60,657 nt of DNA from an uncultured Gammaproteobacteria bacterium (GCA_964489875.1 CAZAZW010000001.1:116062-176718); one strand, 5' to 3'. Counted from the stretch's first letter, positions 18,623 through 27,641 are shown. Notes: generated by a model from the letters alone, not told the origin. Made by a program: numbers and translations.

Positions 18623-18928
18623 CTAATAAATTAATTGTGTTTCGAACTTTTTACCGTTAACTGCAATCCCAAGGGCAAAGCCCAGAGCGTTTGCAACAGA
18701 AACCCCTACCCGAAGTCCGGTAAAAGATCCTGGCCCGGTCTCAATCTCTATTCCTTGAAGAGTTTTGAGTTCGTAGTTCGTAGTTCGTAGTAATTTCATA
18801 ATTAAAGGCAAAAGAGCTTGTGAACCGTATTCATTTTTCTCACTTAAACTCGCAATATTTTTCCCCTCTTTTTTCAAAGAAACTGCGACTGTTTTCTGAT
18901 TCCTAGTATTAATATAAAGAATTAACAT
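18623..18928 (-). CDS. tsaB: Short (N-terminal domain only) tRNA threonylcarbamoyladenosine biosynthesis protein TsaB
   Basis: LYINT and TGPGSFTGLRVG-SVANAL motifs; only 101 aa. Confidence 0.85.
   Translation of the reverse strand: MLILYINTRNQKTVAVSLKKEGKNIASLSEKNEYGSQALLPLIMKLLRTTNYELKTLQGIEIETGPGSFTGLRVGVSVANALGFALGIAVNGKKFETQLIY
18768..18791. repeat. (AGTTCGT)x3 heptamer repeat inside tsaB
   Basis: Read directly; encodes LRTTNYEL on the minus strand. Confidence 0.9.
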
Positions 18929-19823
18929 AATTTTTAATTTGCGATAATCTCATTTCCATAAGTTCAAAAATATTATATCTCCTACAAACATCTTCTAAAA
19001 CTAGTATATCAGCTTCTGTCAGTTTAATTTTTTGACTGGTTTTAGGATACATAATGGCTGCCGGGTTACTGACATGATCGAGACCTAGCGCATGACCTAA
19101 TTCATGAGCAATGGTATGAATTAACTCCGGTTTACTGATATTAAAATAAATTTCAATCCTGTTCTCCGGACCTTTAAAGATCCCCTCTTCCGGCCTTTCC
19201 TCTAAGGTATTATTGAAAGTGTTGATAGTTTGATTTAACTGCTTAACCTCTGCATTATAAGCATCAGCGGAAATATCTAAACTTTGAGCCATAGCATTTA
19301 AGCTATCCGCTTCTTTTTGTAAATCCTGCTGTTGCAAAGTTATTTTTGCGTATTCATCAGGGGGCGCACCGCCTAATCTATTCCAATATTCAATTTGGCT
19401 GTTTAAGTTGATTAATTTCTGCCTAAAATCCAGGGATAATCTTTTATATTCGCTCACTTGAGGATTAAGCGCTTGTCTGTCTGATTGAACTTTATTTTCT
19501 AATTGATTAATCTGGCTGGTTAAAGATTGCCTCTCGTCATAGATTAAATTAACACTTAAATCCCCTTTCGGATCATAGACAAATAAATCTTTATCTATAG
19601 CATTATTCCAAATTTGGGCAGCCTGATTAATATCTGTCATAAATTCATCCCTGGATAGACCAAACTTAGGATCCACACTGTCTACCCGGTAGTGTATCGG
19701 CTGATCACAAAATGAATAAGTAAGAAAGTTATCTAAAGATGTAATATTTAACTTACCTACAACAGCAAAACTGCCTATCGAAAGAACGGTAAAAAGAAAA
19801 ACAAACAAAATGACCTTTTTCAT
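18909..19823 (-). CDS. Matrixin-like (metzincin) zinc metalloprotease with an internal coiled coil
   Basis: HELGHALGLDH zinc motif, AIMYP Met-turn and an N-terminal TM/signal anchor. Confidence 0.85.
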   Translation of the reverse strand: MKKVILFVFLFTVLSIGSFAVVGKLNITSLDNFLTYSFCDQPIHYRVDSVDPKFGLSRDEFMTDINQAAQIWNNAIDKDLFVYDPKGDLSVNLIYDERQSLTSQINQLENKVQSDRQALNPQVSEYKRLSLDFRQKLINLNSQIEYWNRLGGAPPDEYAKITLQQQDLQKEADSLNAMAQSLDISADAYNAEVKQLNQTINTFNNTLEERPEEGIFKGPENRIEIYFNISKPELIHTIAHELGHALGLDHVSNPAAIMYPKTSQKIKLTEADILVLEDVCRRYNIFELMEMRLSQIKNYVNSLY

Positions 19824-19868
19824 TGGTCAATTTTAACATTTAAAGATAATTTGATACAATTCAACCAA

Positions 19869-19982
19869 TTGGAAAATCTAAAACCAGGAACCTACGTTTG
19901 CATGAATTGCAAAACATTCATCCCGGAAGAGGTTCTAAAAATCATCTCTGAAGGCCGCTTTGCCTCTATATTTAATAAATAA
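19869..19982 (+). CDS. Putative 37-aa CxxC peptide, possibly the 5' part of a frameshifted zinc-binding gene extending to 20095
   Basis: TTG start 8 nt after TGATACAAT; MENLKPGTYVCMNCKTFIPEEVLKIISEGRFASIFNK. Confidence 0.45.
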   Translation: MENLKPGTYVCMNCKTFIPEEVLKIISEGRFASIFNK

Positions 19983-20113
19983 CCAAATACTCCCTATACA
20001 CTTTTCAAATCGAGCTTTCCACCCTTGGGGTGGAATATGAGGGCACCTGCGGATTATGTACACTCTTGAACCTATTTCCATTATCTCTCAAGTAAGGAAT
20101 ATTTTGAAAAATA

Positions 20114-20149
20114 GAGATTGCCACAGCCACTTCGTGGCTTCGCAATGAC
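20114..20149. repeat. REP-like palindromic element
   Basis: GAGATTGCCAC-AGCCAC-TTC-GTGGCT-TCGCAATGAC has an inner 6-bp stem and an outer ATTGC/GCAAT stem. It shares AGATT...AATGAC ends with the element in secA. Confidence 0.7.
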
Positions 20150-20173
20150 GAGTTAATAAGTTATAATTTCCCC

Positions 20174-21265
20174 ATGGAAGAGATTCAGAATGGAGCACAC
20201 TCCCTGCTTCGCAGTAAACTAAAAGAATTAAAAGAGAGGTTTGAGAAAATTAGCCGGGCGATTGACCGGGATAAATTGCAGACTGAAATCCGGGAACTGG
20301 AAGCCCAAACTATGAAAGAGGGTTTTTGGGGAGACCGGGAGGGGGCCACCAAAATTTCCCAAGAGCTGGCTAACAAACAAAAAACCCTGGAGCAGCTGGA
20401 AAAATTAGGCAGCCGGATCCAGGATGCCCTGGAATTCTCAAATGATGCCTCCATGCAAACTGAACTGGAAACTGAACAGAAAGAAATTGAAAAACAGCTT
20501 GGATCTTTAGAACTGAAGTTATTTTTATCAAACCCTCATGACGAATCCGAAGCAATTATTTCCGTCCACTCGGGGGCAGGAGGGGTTGAGGCTATGGATT
20601 GGGCTGCCATGTTAGTCAGAATGTACCAGCGGTATTTTGAAAAAATGGATTGGAAATTTGAAGTTACTGATGAAAATCCGGGTGAGGAAGCAGGCATCAA
20701 AACAGTTTCCATGATTGTCCACGAACCTTTTGCCTTTGGCTACTTAAAAGGCGAGGCAGGAACCCATAGATTAGTCCGACAATCCCCTTTTAATGCGGAT
20801 AAACTGCGTCAAACTTCTTTTGCGCTGGTCGAAGTTTTACCGGTCATCGGTTCAGAGGAGGTAGAAATTAATGAAGGAGACATCGAATTTGAAGCTTTTA
20901 GAAGCGGCGGCGCAGGAGGACAAAATGTGAATAAAGTCTCCACTGCCGTCAGATTAAAACATATTCCCACAGGAATGACAGTTACCGCCCAAACTGAGCG
21001 GTCACAACTGCAAAATCGGGAAAATGCCATGAAACTTTTGATGGCCAAGCTTTGGGCCGGCAAAGAAGCAGAAGGTGCAGAGCTTAAAAAAGAGCTCAAA
21101 GGCACCGTCACCCAAGCCTCCTGGGGCACCCAAATCCGCTCTTATGTCCTGCACCCCTATCATATGGTTAAGGATTTACGAACAAATGTGGAAACTTCTA
21201 ATACAGAGGCTGTGTTAGATGGAGATTTGAATCAATTTATCGAAGCAGAGTTAAAGATGGGGTAG
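20174..21265 (+). CDS. prfB: Peptide chain release factor 2 (continuous ORF)
   Basis: [14 protein letters not shown] tripeptide (RQSPF) and [10 protein letters not shown] (GGQ) motifs. Confidence 0.95.
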   Translation: MEEIQNGAHSLLRSKLKELKERFEKISRAIDRDKLQTEIRELEAQTMKEGFWGDREGATKISQELANKQKTLEQLEKLGSRIQDALEFSNDASMQTELETEQKEIEKQLGSLELKLFLSNPHDESEAIISVHSGAGGVEAMDWAAMLVRMYQRYFEKMDWKFEVTDENPGEEAGIKTVSMIVHEPFAFGYLKGEAGTHRLVRQSPFNADKLRQTSFALVEVLPVIGSEEVEINEGDIEFEAFRSGGAGGQNVNKVSTAVRLKHIPTGMTVTAQTERSQLQNRENAMKLLMAKLWAGKEAEGAELKKELKGTVTQASWGTQIRSYVLHPYHMVKDLRTNVETSNTEAVLDGDLNQFIEAELKMG

Positions 21266-21298
21266 ACAAATTACTTATGTTTTGGTTATTATACTAAT

Positions 21299-21724
21299 AT
21301 GGAAGAAAAGATCACCAAACCCCTGATAAGCGTCGAAAATCCCACACGGACCATCCTGGGTGTAGTGATTGCCGCGCTAGTCTTGGGAACTCTGACAGGG
21401 TATACACTCTCAACAAAAAATAAAGGTTCTAGTGTTTCTTCCCTAGTGGTAGGAAGCGCAAAGAGTGCCCAACAAGATACCCGAACCTTTAAGGATTTTG
21501 CCGAAGGCACTCTTAAAGCAAGACCGGAACCCAAAGATCCGTCTGAATATGTTGAAGGAACACATATGCTGATTCGAGAAGGAGCCGTTCCGGTTGCACT
21601 AACCTCATCTGTGGTAGATTTATCCCAATTTGAAGGCAAAAAAGTCAAGGTTTTTGGTGAAACCCAGAAAGCTTTTAAAGAAGGCTGGTTAATGGACGTC
21701 GGCAAAGTTGAAGAAGTTAAGTAA
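21299..21724 (+). CDS. Hypothetical membrane-anchored protein with a beta-rich C-terminal domain
   Basis: Single N-terminal TM; lies directly upstream of ftsEX with a promoter-like sequence before the ATG. Confidence 0.75.
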   Translation: MEEKITKPLISVENPTRTILGVVIAALVLGTLTGYTLSTKNKGSSVSSLVVGSAKSAQQDTRTFKDFAEGTLKARPEPKDPSEYVEGTHMLIREGAVPVALTSSVVDLSQFEGKKVKVFGETQKAFKEGWLMDVGKVEEVK

Positions 21725-21751
21725 TCGTCCACTACGACCTATATACTCGCT

Positions 21752-22426
21752 ATGATTCACTTTGAGAATATTTCAAAAAAGTTTGGCTCCACTTTTGCCT
21801 TAGAGGATATTTCACTCCAAATAAAACAAGGTGAATTTGTCTTTATCGTCGGACCGTCCGGTGCCGGAAAATCTACCATGCTTCGGATGCTAACAAGAGA
21901 GGTGTTACCTACTGACGGTAAAATTATGGTGGGGCATGAGGATATTACTAAAATTAAAGATGCTCATGTGCCGCATTTTCGAAGAAAAGTCGGGGTAGTC
22001 TTTCAGGATTTTAAGTTACTCGATGATAGAACAGTCTTTGAAAATGTGGCTTTAACCTTAGAGGTTCAGGATAAACCTGATCCGGAGATTTCCAAAATGG
22101 TGGAACACACCTTAAAATTGGTAGAGATTTGGGATAAAAGAAACCTTTTTCCCAGACAGCTGTCAGGAGGCGAAGCCCAAAGAACCGCTATTGCCAGAGC
22201 AATTGTAGGTAAACCGGATATAGTTTTGGCAGATGAACCAACCGGAGACTTGGATCCCAAAACTGCTTGGGGTGTAATCCAGCTTTTAAATGAAATTAAT
22301 TCCTGGGGTACCACTATCTTAATGGCCACCCACAACCAGGAAATCGTTAACACCTTAAAAAGAAGGGTCGTCAAAATTAAAGCCGGTAAAATAACCGGTG
22401 ATAATAAAGAGGGTAAATATGACTAG
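21752..22426 (+). CDS. ftsE: Cell division ATP-binding protein FtsE
   Basis: GPSGAGKST, VVFQDFKLL, LSGGE, ADEPTGDLDP and MATH motifs; followed by ftsX. Confidence 0.92.
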   Translation: MIHFENISKKFGSTFALEDISLQIKQGEFVFIVGPSGAGKSTMLRMLTREVLPTDGKIMVGHEDITKIKDAHVPHFRRKVGVVFQDFKLLDDRTVFENVALTLEVQDKPDPEISKMVEHTLKLVEIWDKRNLFPRQLSGGEAQRTAIARAIVGKPDIVLADEPTGDLDPKTAWGVIQLLNEINSWGTTILMATHNQEIVNTLKRRVVKIKAGKITGDNKEGKYD

Positions 22427-23291
22427 GGCAGTCGAATTCATGAAAAGAAATATCAGACGTACTCCTTTCCAGGCTTTAGCTGCTTTAATGATAATGTTTT
22501 TAACATTCTTGGCCCTGCAAACTTTTGTAATTTTGGCAGCCGGCTCACAAGCGGCGCTTCGTTATTTTGAATCTAAACCACAAGTAATTGCCTTTTTTAA
22601 AGACGGCACCACTGACCAAGACGTATCAGCTATAGAAAGCGCACTGAAACAAGAAGGCAGAGTCACAAAAACAAACTTTATCTCCCAAGAAGATGCCCTG
22701 GAAATCTACCGTGAGAAAAATAAAAATGATCCAATGCTCCTCGAACTTGTCACTGCCAATATCCTGCCGGCATCTTTGGAGGTCTCCACCCAGACACCCC
22801 AAGATTTACAACCAATTGCCGAGCTTCTAAAAAGAGAGCCTGTTGTATCTGAGGTAATAGTACCAGAGGACGTGGTGGCAACCCTCACTTCTGTTACTCA
22901 AATCATTAGGGTAGTAGGCGGAACAACTGTCGGATTTTTAATGGTTTTTGCCACGCTTGTCATTGTGATGATCATTGGCTTTAAAATCAGGTTAAAGAGA
23001 ACGGAAATAGAAATCATGCGGCTTTTGGGAGCATCATCTTCTTTTATCAGAACCCCCTTTATTTTAGAAGGATTATTTTATGCCGCGTCAGGCACTGTTT
23101 TAAGTTGGGCTATCAGTTACGGCTTGCTTTGGTATTTCACACCGTTTTTGCAGGGATATTTGGGAGAAGTGAAATTGCTGCCGGTTAACCCGCTGTTTAT
23201 GCTCTCTCTCCTCGGAGGAAGCTTAACTTTAGCTTGTTTTGTAGGAGGATTAGGATCATTTGTCGCTGTCAGACGATATTTAAAAATTTAA
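22398..23291 (+). CDS. ftsX: Cell division permease FtsX
   Basis: 4-TM layout, NILPASLEV, EIEIMRLLGAS..FIRTPFILEG. The true start is probably MTRA at 22419. Confidence 0.9.
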   Translation: MIIKRVNMTRAVEFMKRNIRRTPFQALAALMIMFLTFLALQTFVILAAGSQAALRYFESKPQVIAFFKDGTTDQDVSAIESALKQEGRVTKTNFISQEDALEIYREKNKNDPMLLELVTANILPASLEVSTQTPQDLQPIAELLKREPVVSEVIVPEDVVATLTSVTQIIRVVGGTTVGFLMVFATLVIVMIIGFKIRLKRTEIEIMRLLGASSSFIRTPFILEGLFYAASGTVLSWAISYGLLWYFTPFLQGYLGEVKLLPVNPLFMLSLLGGSLTLACFVGGLGSFVAVRRYLKI

Positions 23292-23305
23292 AGTGACTAC
23301 ATATC

Positions 23306-24493
23306 ATGAAAAAGTTTCTTGTCTCTTTGTTCTGTGCTTTGTCTTCCTTGCTCATACTACCAACTATCAACTATCAACTATCAACTATTCAAGCTCAGTC
23401 TCCAGATGAATTAACTAACCAACTCCGAGATAAACAAGCTGAAATTGCTAAGCTGGAAGCCCAACTGGCTGATACCCAAAAACAGGAAAAAACTCTAAAA
23501 TCCCAACTTAACCTAATCGATGGACAAACCAAAGTTACCACTTTAAAGATCGAAGAAACAAACTTAAAAATAGAGAAACTCGAAAGAGAAATTAATGATC
23601 TTTCTACCAGGATTGACAGAATCGGCGTTACCCTAAATAAGCTATCGGAAATTCTACTTACAAGAATCGTTCAAACTTATAAATACAGTAATGCCATGTC
23701 GGCAATTGATCTGCTTTTTTCCTCACATGGGTTTGCCAGCTTAATAGAAAAGCTTAAATATATCCAAGTCACCCAAGCCTATGACAAGAAGAAATTATAT
23801 GAGTTGCAAGCCACTAAACTTGCTTATAACGACCAAAAACAGGATAAAGAGACAAGGCAAACAGAGGCTGAAAAATTAAATAAGGATTTGGAAGTTTATA
23901 AATCTCAACTTGCCCAACAGAAGAAAGCTAAAGAGGAACTATTAACTGTTACAAAAAACGATGAGGCACGATATCAATCTTTAATAGCCCAACTTAAAGC
24001 TGATACGGATTCTATAAGACGGGCCTTAGGTCGTGCCGGTGTCAAGAAGGGTCCTGTGAAAAGAGGCGAGGTTATTGCTGTCGTAGGAAATTCCGGTTGC
24101 TCAACAGGACCACATTTACATTTTGAAGTCATGACTAATGCCAAGGTAGAAAATAACACTGTTGTTGGTCGTGAGAACAAAGTTGATCCAAAACCTTTTA
24201 TAGATTCGGGGCAATTTGAAAAACCCCTGGCAAGTTATGACGGTTCCGAGTGCGGATCATCTTGTAAAGTAGGGCAAATTAGCACTAAGTTTGGAGAGGT
24301 ATATTTCCTGGGAACACATTCCGGTTTGGATATAGCAGAATATGCCGGAACCCCCATCAGAGCCGTTGCAGATGGGGTGGCTTATGAATTTTCCGATTCA
24401 AGTGCGTGTTATTTAACCGGAACAGTAGGAAAAGGTGTGGTGATAGATCACGACAATAGTGACTTCGTAACTTTGTACTGGCATATCCCCTAG
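23306..24493 (+). CDS. Secreted coiled-coil protein with a circularly permuted M23 peptidase domain (EnvC/CwlO-like FtsEX partner)
   Basis: Signal peptide and long coiled coil; STGPHLHFEV comes before HSGLD...TLYWH. Confidence 0.85.
   Translation: MKKFLVSLFCALSSLLILPTINYQLSTIQAQSPDELTNQLRDKQAEIAKLEAQLADTQKQEKTLKSQLNLIDGQTKVTTLKIEETNLKIEKLEREINDLSTRIDRIGVTLNKLSEILLTRIVQTYKYSNAMSAIDLLFSSHGFASLIEKLKYIQVTQAYDKKKLYELQATKLAYNDQKQDKETRQTEAEKLNKDLEVYKSQLAQQKKAKEELLTVTKNDEARYQSLIAQLKADTDSIRRALGRAGVKKGPVKRGEVIAVVGNSGCSTGPHLHFEVMTNAKVENNTVVGRENKVDPKPFIDSGQFEKPLASYDGSECGSSCKVGQISTKFGEVYFLGTHSGLDIAEYAGTPIRAVADGVAYEFSDSSACYLTGTVGKGVVIDHDNSDFVTLYWHIP
23361..23388. repeat. (CAACTAT)x4 heptamer repeat inside the M23 gene
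   Basis: Read directly; encodes TINYQLSTI at the signal-peptide/mature junction. Confidence 0.9.
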
Positions 24494-24525
24494 CGCAAAG
24501 CGCCCCCTGTGATACTATTAGGTTA

Positions 24526-25719
24526 GTGAGAAGTAAATTAATTATTCTTACTTTATCTCTTCTGTTCTTTCGGGCAAGTCCTACCCTCGCTGCAGCACCC
24601 ATAATTAGTAATACACCATCAACAATCAACATTGATACAGAATTCTCTGTAACAACAACTATGAGTGGTTTATCAAATAATACAATCTATCGGTTAAGAA
24701 TTGCATTAGCTTCACCAGGAACTAACGACTACTTTGGTTCAACATTCAATGGGAGTAACTGGTACAACGGTCTCCCTTCACCAATCAATTATTCCAACTT
24801 TCTCTCTATCACAACGGATAACAATGGTTCTTGGTCGGGAACTATTCAAGGAAAAGTTGAATCCGCTGACCCGAATTTTTCTGGCACTTCGGCAACATAC
24901 GATCTAAAAGTAGCTCGGTACACTGAAACAGGAAGTTCTGCAACGTGGTCAAATATTCTCCAAATCACAGTTATTGCTCCATCTCCTTCACCATCGCCTA
25001 CCGTAACCCCTTTCCCGTCTCCCACCCCTTCCCCTGCTTCTTCAAATTCCGCCTCCGTGTTTACAATTAGCAATATACCTTCCCAAATAAATTCTGACCA
25101 ATCATTTACTGTCAGTATTAATCTTTCTATGCCTAATAACCAAAATATTGATTATTATTTAAAAGGAGCATTTAAGAAAGACGATGGCACCAGATATTTA
25201 GGGCTAACAAAAAAAGATTCAGAATGGATAGAGTACGGGGACGAATATTTAGACCAATACAAAATAACTACGGACTCCTCAGGCAATTGGAGTGGCAGTA
25301 TTGAGGTAAAACCTGATACACTTGATAATGATTATAAAGGATCCGGAGATTACATCTTTAAAGTCGGACGCTACACCAGCGCCGGATCCGGACCAACCTG
25401 GAGCAATGAAACGACAATTAAAATCAACGACTTAAATGGCTCCCCTCCTTCCAGTTCACCAACCCCGCAATCTACTTCAAAAGTCACCTCCTCTAATTCT
25501 CCTTCACCAATAATTTTTAAATCTCCCTCTCCAAAGTCTTCCTATCAAATCGCCTCTATTGCCGGTGTTGCCACTTCGGTTACACCTCAACCTGAAGTAG
25601 AAATAAAAAGCCAAAAGCAGATTAATCCTTTCCTTTGGGGTGGGTTGATTTTCATATTTGCCGGAGCAGGCTCAATAGGTTATATTTACTTAAAGAAAAA
25701 TGGCAGAATATCTTTCTAG
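24526..25719 (+). CDS. Surface protein with two homologous beta-sandwich-like domains, Ser/Pro/Thr linkers and a C-terminal TM anchor
   Basis: Signal peptide, internal duplication (ISN-PS-IN...ITTD--G-WSG-I...KV-RYT..G...TWSN), TM segment plus KK tail. Confidence 0.8.
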   Translation: MRSKLIILTLSLLFFRASPTLAAAPIISNTPSTINIDTEFSVTTTMSGLSNNTIYRLRIALASPGTNDYFGSTFNGSNWYNGLPSPINYSNFLSITTDNNGSWSGTIQGKVESADPNFSGTSATYDLKVARYTETGSSATWSNILQITVIAPSPSPSPTVTPFPSPTPSPASSNSASVFTISNIPSQINSDQSFTVSINLSMPNNQNIDYYLKGAFKKDDGTRYLGLTKKDSEWIEYGDEYLDQYKITTDSSGNWSGSIEVKPDTLDNDYKGSGDYIFKVGRYTSAGSGPTWSNETTIKINDLNGSPPSSSPTPQSTSKVTSSNSPSPIIFKSPSPKSSYQIASIAGVATSVTPQPEVEIKSQKQINPFLWGGLIFIFAGAGSIGYIYLKKNGRISF

Positions 25720-26113
25720 TTCGGAAAAACAGACAAAACAAATAGCAAGTCATCTCGCAAAGACGAGCAAAAATCATATCTTTGCTTTAAGCGGAGAACT
25801 GGGAGCCGGCAAAACTATTTTTGTGCAGGGATTTGCCAAAGGACTCGGCATTAAAGATAGAATCATCTCTCCTACTTTTGTGTTAATCCGCCAACACAAA
25901 ATTCCGGGTACTAACAAAACTCTTTATCATCTGGATTTATACAGACTGGAGGATACGGTAAACCCTAAAGAATTAGGTTTAGAAGAAATTTGGTCAGATC
26001 CGAATAATATTATTATAATTGAATGGGCAGAAAAAATAAAAGAATTGCCAAAAAATGCAATAAGGATTTCAATCCAAAAACAGGGAGACAACAGACTAAT
26101 TACTCTTTCCTAA
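25700..26113 (+). CDS. tsaE: tRNA threonylcarbamoyladenosine biosynthesis ATPase TsaE
   Basis: GELGAGKT, SPTF, HLDLYRL and IEWAEK motifs. Confidence 0.93.
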   Translation: MAEYLSSSEKQTKQIASHLAKTSKNHIFALSGELGAGKTIFVQGFAKGLGIKDRIISPTFVLIRQHKIPGTNKTLYHLDLYRLEDTVNPKELGLEEIWSDPNNIIIIEWAEKIKELPKNAIRISIQKQGDNRLITLS

Positions 26114-27641
26114 TCTCAACCTCAATTGGTCCTATCATTTGCTTATCAATAGTTACCCAATTATATTTAACTAAATCCCCTTCCCAACCAAAACGGGTAT
26201 AATTTCTATTGGGTTCTTTAATTAGAAAAACTAAATTTGAATTTTCTCTAATCCTTAGATCATCTTCAGTCGCTGAAAAGCTCTTTTTATTTGAGATATA
26301 TTCAAATTTCTCCGGGGCATATGCATAATCTATTGGCAAATAACCGAACTCTTTAAGTCCATACAACCAGATTAAATATTGGTAAGGATAATCTATAATT
26401 GAGGGCAGGTATGTATAAACTTTAAAGTTTTTGCCGTCCGCATATTTATAAACATAGTCTATAGCGGCAATTTCATTTTTATACAGTGAAGGATCCAGAT
26501 TAGGTTTTTTAGAATCGTTTAGAAAAAAGTTGCCAATATTGGCCAGTCCAAACCAAATTATTGAAATCGAAAGAGAAATAGAAAGCAACTTGCTGATCAC
26601 CCCTCCATCCATGAGTTTCTTAAGAAGATACGCCAGGAGTATCAACGAAGCCGCCATCTCTGCACCTAAATGCCAAGGGTTCACAGTAACAGGGATAATT
26701 AAATAACCTAAAAATGGCACAAAAATAAAAATTAGGCTTATTAATACCGACTTCTCTTTTTCTCTGGTCCTTATCAATCCAAGAACCATAATGGCTGAAA
26801 ATGCTACTATCATGCCAGCGAATAATTTATGGTTCATTAGTGTTGGCACAAATGTGTTAAAGAAACTTTCTGCAATAACCTGGATACGATTTAGGATATC
26901 TAATCCATTACCGGAGTTTTCTGAAAGATGTTTGAGTAATGCCCTGCTCATAATGAGTTGGTGCTTTAAGTCAAAAATAACCTGTGGCAGCAAGGTTAAA
27001 ATAAAAGCGCCAACTCCCATCCAAAACTCTTTTTGCTTTAATAACCTAGTATTTTTTGTCAAAATAACGCCGGCAAATATTATTATGGGAGTAAATACCC
27101 CAAAATTCATCTCGAGATTAAAAAATAATCCTGCCAAAAACCAGGTTGAAATTGCATAAATCCCTTTCCCTTTTTCTAAATATTGAACTAACAAATAGAT
27201 AAGTAATGGCGTAAGCAGCATAACCGGAGTTGGGTTAAAAGCATAAAGATTAGCTAAAACAATATGGTTTGAGGCAACCCAGATAGCACCTATCGGCAGT
27301 AACAAAAAACTACTCCATCTACTGACTAGTTTTAATAGGAAAAATCCACCAATTGCCCAAAGCGCTATTTGCAATAAAACTGCGCTATAAGGATCACCCT
27401 GTGAGACTATGTAACCGGTTGCCAAAAAATAATACCAAAAAGGTCCGCTGTATAACCCGTCTATGGCAGTTGTAGGACCTGTCAGCCGAAACTTACCCAG
27501 CTCAACCATTTCCCTAACATCCACAAAATCCCTGGCGCTGTCTATATTAAAAAGAAAATTGCCGTTTCCGGTTAATGCTAGCCTAAATAAAATTCCCACC
27601 AGCAAAATTATTCCAGTGGTTATCAAGAATTTAACTTTCAT
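26100..27641 (-). CDS. ArnT/PMT_2-like GT-C glycosyltransferase
   Basis: FNIDSARD, LTGPTT, GPFWYY and VNPWHL motifs; multi-TM. Confidence 0.75.
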   Translation of the reverse strand: MKVKFLITTGIILLVGILFRLALTGNGNFLFNIDSARDFVDVREMVELGKFRLTGPTTAIDGLYSGPFWYYFLATGYIVSQGDPYSAVLLQIALWAIGGFFLLKLVSRWSSFLLLPIGAIWVASNHIVLANLYAFNPTPVMLLTPLLIYLLVQYLEKGKGIYAISTWFLAGLFFNLEMNFGVFTPIIIFAGVILTKNTRLLKQKEFWMGVGAFILTLLPQVIFDLKHQLIMSRALLKHLSENSGNGLDILNRIQVIAESFFNTFVPTLMNHKLFAGMIVAFSAIMVLGLIRTREKEKSVLISLIFIFVPFLGYLIIPVTVNPWHLGAEMAASLILLAYLLKKLMDGGVISKLLSISLSISIIWFGLANIGNFFLNDSKKPNLDPSLYKNEIAAIDYVYKYADGKNFKVYTYLPSIIDYPYQYLIWLYGLKEFGYLPIDYAYAPEKFEYISNKKSFSATEDDLRIRENSNLVFLIKEPNRNYTRFGWEGDLVKYNWVTIDKQMIGPIEVEIRKE

